Positions 1 through 12,400 of a DNA stretch of 64,000 nt are shown here, piece after piece. The notes under the pieces were generated by a model. It did no database searches. It worked only from the letters and a program-made list of their open reading frames with translations, and was not told the DNA's origin. The first letter of the stretch is position 1, and every line of letters starts with the position of its first letter. The position numbers and the translations under genes are program-made. The stretch comes from Octopus sinensis (taxonomy: Eukaryota). The DNA lies in assembly GCF_006345805.1 (NCBI RefSeq), contig NC_043006.1:14694001-14758000 (forward strand). Direction: 5' to 3'.

Positions 1-202
1 AGTTTATAACTTATAATGGATATCTTTAATTCAACATGATTTGCTTGGAAACAGGTGAGGGTTGGCAACAAGTAGGACATTGGCTGCAGAAAATTTGCCT
101 CAACATATTCCAGTAAGAATGGAAAAGTGGATGTTAAAATGATGACAATGCTATGTATTTTATTACTGTATTATAATATTGTAATTATTTTTGCTTTTGC
201 AG

Positions 203-443
203 AGCTTGTCGAGGACGCCTAGTGACATTATCTGTGAGATTTCCTAACCAAGGGAGGCATATAGAAGATCTTGATATCTGGTCCCATACCAATGACACTT
301 TAGGTTCTGTGAGACGACAGATTTTAAACAGAGTGAAAGTTAGCAGTAGTAGCATTAAAGTTGACATGTATGTTAATGGAGAGCTTCTAGATCCTAGTGA
401 AGATAAAAAATTGATATCACAAATTCCTCTTCGAGATAGAACT
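203..443 (+). CDS. USP9X: USP9X exon 1 (window numbering), UBL-like region
   Basis: ttgcag|...ACT|gtaagt; [38 protein letters not shown]...PLRDRT. Confidence 0.95.
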
Positions 444-3400
444 GTAAGTGGTAATCTCCTTGAAATGTTATATCTTCTTTTATGTAATTTCATTTCATGA
501 CTCTGTAATCAAAAGACATCTCATAAAAAAGAAACGAAGAAAAAATGTACAGTTGTATTTTTTTTTGTTATTGATATTTTATCTTTGGATTTAAGGGGAA
601 ATGCTGGCAAAATCATTAGCATGCCAGGCAAAATGCTTAGCAGTATTTTACTCTTTTACGTGTTTCAGTCATTTGACTGTGGCCATGCTGGAGCACCGCC
701 TTTTTTAAGTCAAGCAAATTGACCCCAGGACTTATTCTTTGTAAGCCCAGTACTTATTCTGTCGGTCTCTTTTGCTGAACTGCTAGGTTACAGGGACGTA
801 AACACACAGCATCGGTTGTCAAGCGATGTTGCGGGGACAAACACAGACACATACATATATATGACAGGATTCTTTCAGTTTCCGTCTACCAAATTCACTC
901 ACAAGGTTTTGGTCAGCCTGAGGCTATAGTAGAAGACACTTGCCCAAGGTGACACGCAGTGGGACTGAACCTGGAACCATGTGGTTCATAAGCAAGCTAC
1001 TTACCACACAGCTACTCCTACGCCTTGTTCATCTTTATGTTCTGAGTTCAAATTCCATTGAGGTTGACTTCGCCTTTCATCCTTTTGGGGTTAGTTGAAC
1101 ACTGGAGTTGATGTAATCGACTCCTTTCCCCAAATTTCTGGCCTTGTGCCAAAATTGGAAACTTTAAATAAAAAGTATGAAAAGAGCAACATTTTGTGTA
1201 GAAAATGTTTCCGTAGTTGAAACGAAACAATGTATGTATATTTATGCCTGTGTATGTAAGTGTGTATATGTATTTCTGTGTCTATCTCTGTGTTTATTGT
1301 GAAGATCAGTTTGACTGGGTTTTCACAAACTTGACTCCATCACCAGTATAGAATCACACCAATTGTGAATAACAAATTGTTTAGATATCATTACTATTGT
1401 GTGTTTGCATTTATCAGTAATGAAAGAAAATTTTTTATGATTCTTATTAACATGTGAAGAAATATTTTTTTCATGAAGAAACCTCTTTTTTTTTTTTCAG
1501 GCCGTCTCGGCTAAATTGGTACAAGTTGGAAGTAATATGCCTTCCAGCCCAGACAGTAGTTCTGATAGCTCTGGAGGTTCTCCTCATAATACTTATGATG
1601 GACCTAACATAGAAGCTGAAAGCTGTCTGCCTGGTGTGGTAAGTACATTATTGACTCAATATTTGTTACGTTTACAGAAATGACTAGAAGTATCGCCCGG
1701 CGTTGCTCGGGTTTGTAAGGGAAATAACTATATAAGCATTTTTAGAGAGTTATAGCCAAAAATAGCAAAAAAAATGCATTAAAAATGGGAAAAAAAATGA
1801 TGGTAAATTTTTTTTTAAATCTTTGACTCATTGTAGACATTTTTAGAGAGTTACTTTCCTTATATAATAGCGGAAAAAATGCATTAAAATGGAAAAAAAT
1901 GATGGTAAATTATTTTTAAAATCGTAGACTCATCGTAGACGCGCGCTAATACCCCGAAGGACTCGATATGAATCACGACTATAAGATACCCGGTTTTGGT
2001 TAAACTGCACCGCAAAATGTGGGAGTAGTTAGGAATCTAAATCGGAGGAGACAGACACACAACTTGACTTTTATATATAAAGATTTATGAAAGAATTACT
2101 AGACAAAATTCTTCAAACTAAGCCAACCAACAGAAGACCTAGGAGTAGACTTAGAACAAGATGATTGGATAATAACCATAGTCTCTGCTGGTCATGCTTG
2201 AGAATCCAAATGGAAAGTCTAATGATGGGACCCTATGGCAGAGGTGCTTTCTAGGTTGAGAAAATGGAGATCTAGATGAATTTTGAGTTATTTGAAGATA
2301 TAAAAAGTTAATGAATATATGAACTTTGAAAATTGAAAATGTCTATAATCTGTATGATATTAGTAAGTTTATTTAAAAATTGTTTTTCTAATAATAGTAA
2401 CCTTAATTGTAATATTTTGTCTGATTACCAATGTACTTGTTTCTTAGTCATCAGTTTTATGTCTGTTTTGTCCACGTTGGCATGGGTTGGACAGCTGTGT
2501 TCCTTCATAACATCTCGTTACTTGCTGTGGTCTCTTGTCATCGTTTTCATGAGACTTAGCATCTTGAGATATGCAAATAATGTAGTTACCTCATTTGAAG
2601 AAGTGAGGGAGTAGCTTAAGTGATGAATGATGGGGGAGAAACAGAGGCTTACTAAGAGAAGTAGTGATTGTGTAGCTTAAGTGATGAATGATGGGGAATG
2701 AGTTGTAGAGGCTTAAAGAGTGGAGAATGATGAGTGAAGCAATGACAAAGCAGTTTATGTTGTGAATGATGTAGGGTGAGATAAAGAGTAAAGCAGTTAC
2801 ACGGGGGAGCTTAAGTGATGAATGATGAAGAGTGAGATGTAGCATTCAGATTTACGCTGTTAAATGTAATATTTATTTATTCACTTTATTTTGAATTAAT
2901 CCTGCATAATCTTGTAGCTTCAAGATTTTGATAGTATGGTTGTTTATTGTTACAATGACATTGTAGAGAAGGGTGTGAGAAGCCAGGTCCGGCTAGTTTT
3001 GAGCATAAAACAAGTAGAATATTTGGTTCAGATATTGTCAGTTGAAATGTTAAAGAATGAAGTATTTTGTTATAGAGTAATTTAAGTGGTGAATGATGAG
3101 GAGTAAAGATGTAGAGCTTTGAGAAATTTAACAGTTTGTTAGAAATGTGGTACATGAAAATCTCAAAAGATATGCTTTGGGCAGCAGCGTGATGGTGCTA
3201 ATATTATTTTTAGTGTAAATATGAGAATAATCTTCATATTAAAATTACCAATCAGTTTAACTCTGTTCTATTTTTGCTGAATGTTTCTCTTCCTCTTGTC
3301 TTTTTTCCAGCTTATGGCTCAAGTGAATCGCTACACAGGATTTCTTTTCCAACTGTCGGACTTAGGTTGTCATCTTCAGTTACCAAAATTAAGAGACACA

Positions 3401-6400
3401 GCTAGAGCTCTTTTAAAAATTATGTCAGCTGGTATGTTATTATTATTATTTGTATGTGTATATATTTGGAACCTTGCATATAAATTTAAAAAGAACTATT
3501 TAGGAATGTGAAGGCGCATGGCTCAGTGGTTAAAACGTGGAGCTTATGATCGTGAGGTTGTGAGCTCGAATCCCGGACCGGGCTGTGTGTTGTGTTCTTG
3601 AGCAAGACAGTTTATTTCACGTTGCTCCAGTTCACTCAGCTGTAGAAATGAGTTGCGACGTCACAGGTGCCAAGCTGTATCGGCCCCTTTGCCTTTCCCT
3701 TGGATAACATCGGTGGCATGGAGAGGGAAGGCCAGTATGCATGGGTGACTGCTGGTCTTCCATAAACAACCTTGCCCAGACGTGCCTGGGAGGGCAACTT
3801 TCTAGGTGCAATGCCATGGTCTGTGTCGTGACCGAAGGGGGTTTCAGATTTAGGAATGCATCATGCATCTTTCAGGTTGCTGCAAGTTTTTAAATTCATT
3901 GATGCTACACTGTGGGAAATAATAATGATGGACACTTCCGTCGAAGACAACATATAAGTGTTCAGTTTTTTGTACACATAATTTGTTTATGGTGCTGCAT
4001 ATTAGCTCACTCCCTCCATCAAATAGACGTCTGAACAGGTGCATGGTGTACCATGCGTCAAGTATCGAAGTGATTGCAGAGCAATGTAAGATGACGTGTT
4101 TTGCTCCAGAACACGATACATCACCTGGTCTAGGAATTGAAATCATGATTGCCGGATTGTGAATGTAACAGTTTAACCACTAAGCCATGTGCCCTCATGC
4201 AACACCCTAACCAATAAGCCATACTGGAAATAATAATAATAATAATATTAAAGCTTTTACAGAATTCTGCACCCATCACTAGTGAAGAGTATATATCTCA
4301 ATAAAATATTACATTATCTACTGCCTCCTGATATTATACTCCAGCAGTATTAGACGTGTTTTCATCATCATCATCATTATCATTTAATGTTCTCTTTTCC
4401 ATGAATTTGCTGAGGCAGCTTTTCCGTAGTTGGATGTCTTTCGTGTCACCAACCCTCACCTGTTTCCAGTGAGATAATATTTCCCCCATAGCCAAACAGG
4501 TTTTCCACGGAAGTCTGGATACAAACATTGTTTGTATGATGGTTATGCTCATTTACAGCCATCACATGATATCAAAACCATGTTACACACACACACACAC
4601 ACACACACATATGATGAACTTCTTTCAGTTTCCATTTACTAATTCTAATGATAAGGCTTTAGTTGGTCTGGGGCTTAAGTAGAAACCACTTACTCAAGGT
4701 GCCATGCGGTGTGACTGAACCTGAGCCTACATGGTTGGAGAGTACACTAAACCACACGGCTATACCCGTGCCTGTTACTAATGCTAGTACATAGTTCAAG
4801 TGTAGTTGACTTTGACAGCCTTTGTAACAGAGTTAATGCCATGTTTAATGTTTTACTGTATTACCACCATGTTCACTAACTGGTCACTCAGTAGACAGAC
4901 TTAACCCTTTCGTTACCAACCCGGCTGAAACCGGCTCTGGCTCTGGTTACTAAATGTCTTGTTTTTATAAGTTTTGAATTAAAATCTTCCACCAAACCTT
5001 AGTCACAATATATTTTCCTAACACTAGTTGAATGATAACTAAGTTATTTTATTAAATTCTTTGTTATATTTAAAGTAATTGAAAGAAACACAGAGCATCT
5101 CAAAATAAATACAGTAATGAAAGGGTTAAGGGGTTAAGATGTCAGTAAAAAGTCATTTGTGACAAACATTAATATAAGCTTTGGAGTGCTACAGCTGGCC
5201 AAGTGGCTGCCGTGCAAACTAAGGATCATCAGATACAAATCACTGTCCTGGGACCATAAAAACTTCAGGGTTTGTGAAACCTGGATTAATGAGGTCCAAC
5301 CTGCAGATCCTGAAGTCATAATAGTAATGTGTTATTGTCTAGAACTGATATTGTACTACATTTTTATGGATATGCACTCACCGTGTATTTTTATTTGTAG
5401 ATACCCATACAATGGAGAAATTCCGCAGTATATGTATGGAACATGCCAGAGCTGAAAGTGGTATTTCAGCTGCCCTTGAGAGCATGTTTTTTATTGGCTC
5501 CTCAACTCAAGTTCTCTACAATGTAGAGGTATGTAGAAATAAAACTTGGGCTTTCATTTTTCTTTAATTTTTTCCAAATTTTTATTTTCTTTTTCTTTCA
5601 TATTCATTTACTAATTTTTTTTATAAATACTTGTTTGTACATATTTATGTAATTACAGTTAAATTATGTTGTTTTTTTTTTTTTTTTCAGGTGGTTTACA
5701 GTCTGCTGATGCCAGCAGGTGCTCCAATTTCTGATGATGCTTTTGAATTTCAGGTATTGTCTTCTATTTTATCACTGTTTCAATACAAACTATTAATAAA
5801 CATTTAAATGTTTCACTCTATATTGTATGTTACATACAACTCAAAAAAAAACCGCTCCCAGATTTACCATTCTTGATTAATATTTCAACAGCCAACACAT
5901 AATCTGCATTGGTTCAAACTATTCTGGTAATTAAAAAAAAAATAAATAAATGGTAAAAGTTTAGTTATATGGAGATGCTATTACCCCCTGCCTAACTTTA
6001 CTAGCTGCCATGTGCAGCAGAAAAACCTATGGGAGATTATTCTAGCGCCGCCTTGACTGGCTTCTATGCCGGTGGCACGTAAAAAGCACCAACCGATCGT
6101 GACCATTGCCAGCCTCACCTGGCACCTGTGCCAGTGGCAAATAAAAAGCACCCACTACACTCACGGAGTGGTTGACGTTAGGAAGGGCATCCAGCTGTAG
6201 AAACACTGCCAGATCAGACTGGAGCCTGTTGCAGCCTCCTGGCTTCCCAGACCCCGGTCGAACTGTCCAACCTGTGCTATCACGGAAAACGGACGTTAAA
6301 CGATGATGATGACGACTGTATTTGAAACAAGACAGAGCTCATTTTTAACATTGAGCGTTCAAAAGTCTCTCTATCTGTGTAATGGGTGCAGGTATAGCTG

Positions 6401-9400
6401 TGTCATTATGATGCTTCCTTCATGGCTGCATGTTTTTGGGTTCAATCCCACTACATGGCATCATAGGTAAGCATCTTCTACATTAGCCTCAGGTCAACCA
6501 AAGTGTTGTAAGTAAAATATGGCAGACAAAAACTTTGTAGAAACCCTTTGGAGGGAATATCTGTTCTTGGTGAAAGACATTATCTGTTACTCAGTTTAAT
6601 GCCATCACCTGGCCCTTGGGTGTCTGTAGCAGTGGCCCCTGTTGTAAACATCTGGGCTAGGTTTCCAGTTTGAAGATAACTTGCTCCCTTCCTCCTACCA
6701 CTCTCAGAAGAGTGCTGCTCTTCCTTCCTTGATTAGCCATTAAAATAATTATATGAATATATACTCCAATTTTATAACTGTTTTATTATATTACAGTTTT
6801 GGTAAACCTTTTTGTAATTATTGGTATTAGACATGAAATAAATTTAAAGTTTATTTAATGTTGTGTATGTTATTCCTATTTTAAAAATATAATTAACTAT
6901 TAAAATTGTCTATTTTTATTCTCGAGTTTTAAATTTATTGAAATAGTTTCCAAATTTAGAATATTAATTTTCTTCATTATGATTATCAAGAACTGATTAG
7001 CAGCTTTTTTTTTTTGAACATTGCTTTAATTACACCTATCAGCAAATTCATACTTCTAGTAGGAATAATTAGAGAATATGTATCAATAAGCAAACAATGA
7101 TTTTATATACAGTTAAATATGTCACATAACAGTTAAGGTATTTCTAAAATCATGTGGTAAAATTCTTTAACCCTTTCGTTACCGTATTTATTTTGAGATG
7201 CTCTGTGTTTCTTTCAATTATTTTAAATATAACAAAGAATTTAGTAAAATAACTTAGCTATCATTAAACTAGTGTTAGGAATATAAATTGCAACTAATGT
7301 TTGGTGGTATATTTTGATGCAAAACTTATGAAAACAAAACATTTGTACTACAGAGCCAGAGCCGGTTTTGGCCAGGTTAGTAACAAAAGGGTTAATGTCC
7401 TAATGGAAAGCGATTATCAGTCCTTCCTTGTCCTTTTTGTTTATTTTTATTCTATTTATCATTACTCAAAGGACAAATAGTGGCATACTAGTGCTTAGTT
7501 TTTGCTATTTACTTTAACCCTTCAGCAATTAAACTGACTGTATCTGGCCTAAATATTCTACCTGTTTTATGTTCAGATCAACCAGATCCAGTTTCTCACA
7601 CCTACAAAACAATCATCATCATCATCATCGTTTAACGTTTGCCTTCCATGCTAGCATGGGTTGGACAATTTTGACTGAGGGCTGGCAAACCAGATGGCCG
7701 CACCAGGCTCCAATTTTGATCTGGCAGAGTTTCTACAGCTGGATGCCCTTTCTAATGCCAACCACTCCGAGAGTGTAGTGGGTGCTTTTTATGTGCCACC
7801 GGCACGGGGCCAGTCAGGCGGTATGGGCAATGACCTTGCTCGAATCTTTTTACACATGCTACCGGCACATGTGCCAGTAAGGCGACGTTGGTAATGATCA
7901 CGCTCGAATGGTGCCCTTTTGCGCGCCACCGGCACGGAGCCAGTTGGCTGCTCTGGCAACGATCACGCTCGGATGGTGCTCTTGGCACCCTACTAGCAGG
8001 GGCACAAGTGCCAGTCATTCTTAAAATATACAGCCACATCATTGAAATAATGATGTAACAAGATTATGCACGATTAATTCAAAACAATGTGTATAAATAT
8101 GCATTACATTTGACAGAGTAATCCGATTACTAAAGGGTTAAATATACAGGTGTGGCCTGTTGAATGAAATTAGTATAGTGATGTTTGAATTTTAGGTTAA
8201 TATTTGAATTTTGTGATTGTTGGTTTTTGTTTCCTCATTCTTAAAAAGATCTCTTCTTTCTCTTTCCAGTATAATTTTGTACGTAGTGGTGGTGTACAAT
8301 TATCTTTAAATATGTTAATGAAAAATAATTTCTTGCCAAATGCTGATCTCCCTACTAGAAGGTAAGTTAGCTTATCGAATTGCTAATATGAAACTTCACT
8401 ACAATTATCATTAAATATGTGGACGTTTTTCTCTCTGTTCAACCAAAAGCAAGATTTAAGAAAATAACTTGTTCTTCTGAGAATTTGCAGCTAACTTATT
8501 TCCTTTGAATCACCAGACAAGCCGCAAATCAATATATAAAATATCTTCAGAAATTCTAGAAGTTATACTGGAGTACACATATTTCTACAAGCAAAACAGT
8601 TGTTACAGTCCATTAAAGCTATAGAAACAAGACTGAAACACGAAATGCTATGTACCTGCCTTAGTTTCTGGACCATAACCTGGTTCATTTCATCATAAAA
8701 CAATAGGGTTTCACTCAAGAAATAAATGATGTTGATGTATGTTGCGTACAAAAGGTAAGATGGAGAGGAGCTTCAACCAGAGTCCTCACAGGCAAAGCAC
8801 ATAGGTATAAACTCTTCTGGGAAGGTAATAGTGATGGAAAAGAAGGTGTGGGCATACTTCTTGCAGAGAAATGGGTGGATAAGGTCATTGAGGTAGTGAG
8901 GGTGTGCAAATAACCTATTGATCTGCAACCCCAACTTTGGGAAGCCAACTAGCCACCTGATAACCTATCAATCAGGTGACTCTGCTAGCCAGATCAATTT
9001 CATTCTCGCCAGACAGCAGGATGCATGGTTGCTCTTAAATACAAAGATCCTCCTCTGGTTATAGATCAAAGGTAATTTTTGATCTGCAGAAATATAGTAA
9101 ATATAGAAATATAGTAAAAATTTCTAGACTGTTGATTTACTTCTGTGCATCTCTTGTCTGATTGGTAAAACCGGTAAAAATTAAGAAATAGTCTCTTTAT
9201 AAATATATGAAAAGTACCATTTAGAAGACTTTGTCTTTGTATTTTTTTTCCCATAAATATTCTATTTAACTGTCTCATCACTTATTTCACTGTCATATCA
9301 TTGAATATTATAAATCAAAAATGTACTGCTTAAAAGCTCCTTTTTTCTCATCAATCTTTTATTTCACTATCCAATACGATGTTCTTACATAATTTAATCT

Positions 9401-12400
9401 TATGTAAATAATATAATTGATTGATGTAAATTCCATTGATCTATTATTAATTTCTTTGGTTTTTAGGAGTGCCTATGTGACAGTTCTGAAGATTTGCAAA
9501 TTGATGACCACAACTGTTGGCCATGCCAAAGTTCAAGTTGCAGTTGATGCGTGTAGTGCTGATTCTCAGACCACTCCAATCCCTGTTAATGAACATAATT
9601 ATGCAGTTACTCTTCAACAAGCATTGATATACATCCCCAACTCAACATCTGAGTTCACATTGAGGAATGTGGCTGCACGCCTTGGTCAACAACTGAAAGA
9701 ACAGGTAAAACTAATTAACACAATTCTAATTATTAATCATCTAGGATGTACATTTATATCCTCTAACTTATCATCATCATTTAACGTCCGCTTTCCATGC
9801 TAGCATGGGTTGGACGATTTGACTGAGGTCTGGCGAACCAGACTCCAATCTGATCTGGCAGAGTTTCTACATCTGGATGCCCTTCCTAACGCCAACCACT
9901 CCGAGAGTGTAATGGGTGCTTTTACATGCCACCGGCACGAGGGCCAGAATGGTGGTACTGGCAACGGCCACGCCCAAATGGTGCTTTTTATGTGCCACCT
10001 GCACAGGAGCCAGTCCAGCGGCACTGGCAACGACCTCGCTCGAATGTTTCACGTGCCACCAGCACAAGTGCTAGTAAGGCGACGTGGTAACGATCATGCT
10101 CGAATGGTGTGCTTAAACGTGCCATCAGCACGAAGGCCAGCTTGTTGCTCTGGCAACGATCTCACTCGTATGATACTCTTAGCGCTCCACTAGCAACGGA
10201 TGCCAGTCAGTTTGACTTCGATTTCGATTTCACTTGCCTCAACTGGTCTTCGCAAGCAGAGTTTAGTGTCCAATGAAGAAAAGGCATGCATAAGTGGACT
10301 GGTTACACACCCTAGCATAGGTCTCAAGGTTATGGTCACATTTGTGCTTCCCGACCACACTTGCGCTTGCCGAACACTTATCTTATTAATGAGCTATATT
10401 CTTTTTCAATGATATACCAAAGTCAGTTTTGTTTTTCATCCTTTTGAGGGTTGATAAAATACCAGTCATGTTTTAAGGTCAGCTTAAACAACACTTCAAT
10501 ATTTCAAAATTTGCTGTCTGCTGTTGAAGTTGGAGATCATTGTTCTATGTGAGAGGATTAAGCCTTTTGTTAACAATATCTTTTTCTGTAGAGATGCACT
10601 TCAAAAATAAAGAATTTAGTAAAATAACTTTTAACATTATTAAGCTAGTACTTGGGACTTAACATGACATTTTAATGTAAGTTTTTAATTTAAATCATTT
10701 TAAAACAGGAAGTTAGTATCATAGATGCTGGAAGTAGTCTCAGGCAGCTTTGTATCAAAAGAGTTAAAGGGCGCCTTTTATTTCTAGAAATATATTTAAA
10801 TGAAATATTTTCGAAAATATTGAAAATTAATTAGGATTTGTGGTATTTTGCTTTTGTAATTACATGCATTATAGAAGTCTATCATGTCTTAAAAATGCAT
10901 CCAAGTGATGAGACATAATTGAAAAAACAAAAGCAGTAGTGGTCTTAACTAATTGCATTATTAGTATATCAAGAACTTCAGCCTTGGCAGAACTCATCTT
11001 TCTGTGCTATACCTGCAATAGAATTTGAGCCAACCAAATTCTCATTAGTAGAACAACTTTCAGTGACAGTAACTAAATGGCCAAACTATGAGCGGTCACT
11101 CTGGTACTGTGATTCCGAATATGAGTGGTTATCATTTGTTCAGAGTAAATGATAGATTTTTAAACAATGTATAAAATGATAGGGAATTGAATTTTTAAAA
11201 AGTTCCCCAAAACAGGGTGAGATATATGTATATATCATCATCATCATCGTTTAACGTCTGTTTTCCATGCTAGCATGGGTTCGACGGTTTGACCTGGGTC
11301 TGGGAAGCCAGGAGGCTGCGCCAGGCTCCAGTCTGATCTGGCAGTGTTTCTACAGCTGGATGCCCTTTCTAATGCCAACCACTCCATGAGTGTAGTGGGT
11401 GCTTTTTACGTGCCACCGGCACAGGGGCCAGAGGAGGCTGGCACTAGAGGAAGCTGGCATGCCAGAGGAGGCTGATAGACTAAAGTATATCAGTACGGGG
11501 AAAAACAAAGACAAACATCATATTTATATTCATGTTTTCATGTTGGCACAAATGGGTCTTACATTGTCTTACCACTTGTCACAGTCCTTCATCATCTGAC
11601 ATACACAACAACACTGCCAACTTTGTTGTGGTGTATGTTATGTTTAATGACCTACTACCATTTCCTGCACCAATCCTTGTTCAGTATTGACTGGGTGCAG
11701 TTTATGATATCAGTGGCACTACCTGTGGAACATCTAAAGCAGAGTTTGCATTCCTTTTGTTCCTTCTCAGCAAAAATGACATCTTGAAAACATCTTATGT
11801 CTCTGCCCTCAACTCCCAATCCGTCTCTGTGACGCCTTTCTCTACACATTCTATGACTCCTTCACTCTTCTATGACACCACTCACTCAAGTGCTGTATTT
11901 ATATGACCCTCTTTTGTGCTATCAGTTATCCCTCTCTTTGGAACCACGTCTTTTGTCACTAGTCCCACATTTTCAGCATCACTCCAAACCACGATACTTT
12001 GCACTGAATGCCTCTTTCTCCACAACACTCTCTCCCATCTGCTTTAAACACTTCTCTCCATCTTTCTACTCTTGTATACCTCTCACCCCTCCTCTATTGC
12101 CCTGCATTCCTCTCTCACTGCCTCACTTCACTTCCATCTATAGTTTTATTATACTGTTTTGCCCCTCACTCTCCTTTTTCATTTGTATAGTTACTTGTTA
12201 CCTCCTCCTGTCTGACCCATCTCTTTTTTGTTCACCTTTTTCCTCAAATTGATATTCACCATTAACTATACTTCCACCCTTGTTTACTGCACTCAACTCT
12301 GTCTATTTCAAACCTTCACAAACTTACCTACTCACTTACTCACCCTTTCAAATCCTCTGTCCATGTTCTTTCTTATACTTTCTTATATCTATTTCTTTAC

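Noticed and set aside
2610-2835. Intronic box C/D snoRNA suggested by TGATGA motifs
   Set aside because: The motifs belong to a degenerate tandem repeat; no matching D box with terminal stem found
3511-3590. tRNA gene at SINE heads (also 48357)
   Set aside because: A and B boxes are present but there is no full cloverleaf, and the sequence continues into a SINE body
11770-12390. Pyrimidine-rich tract with a 126-aa ORF (and the purine-rich tract at 31200-31600)
   Set aside because: Low complexity explains the ORFs; no mirror repeat or family I could define
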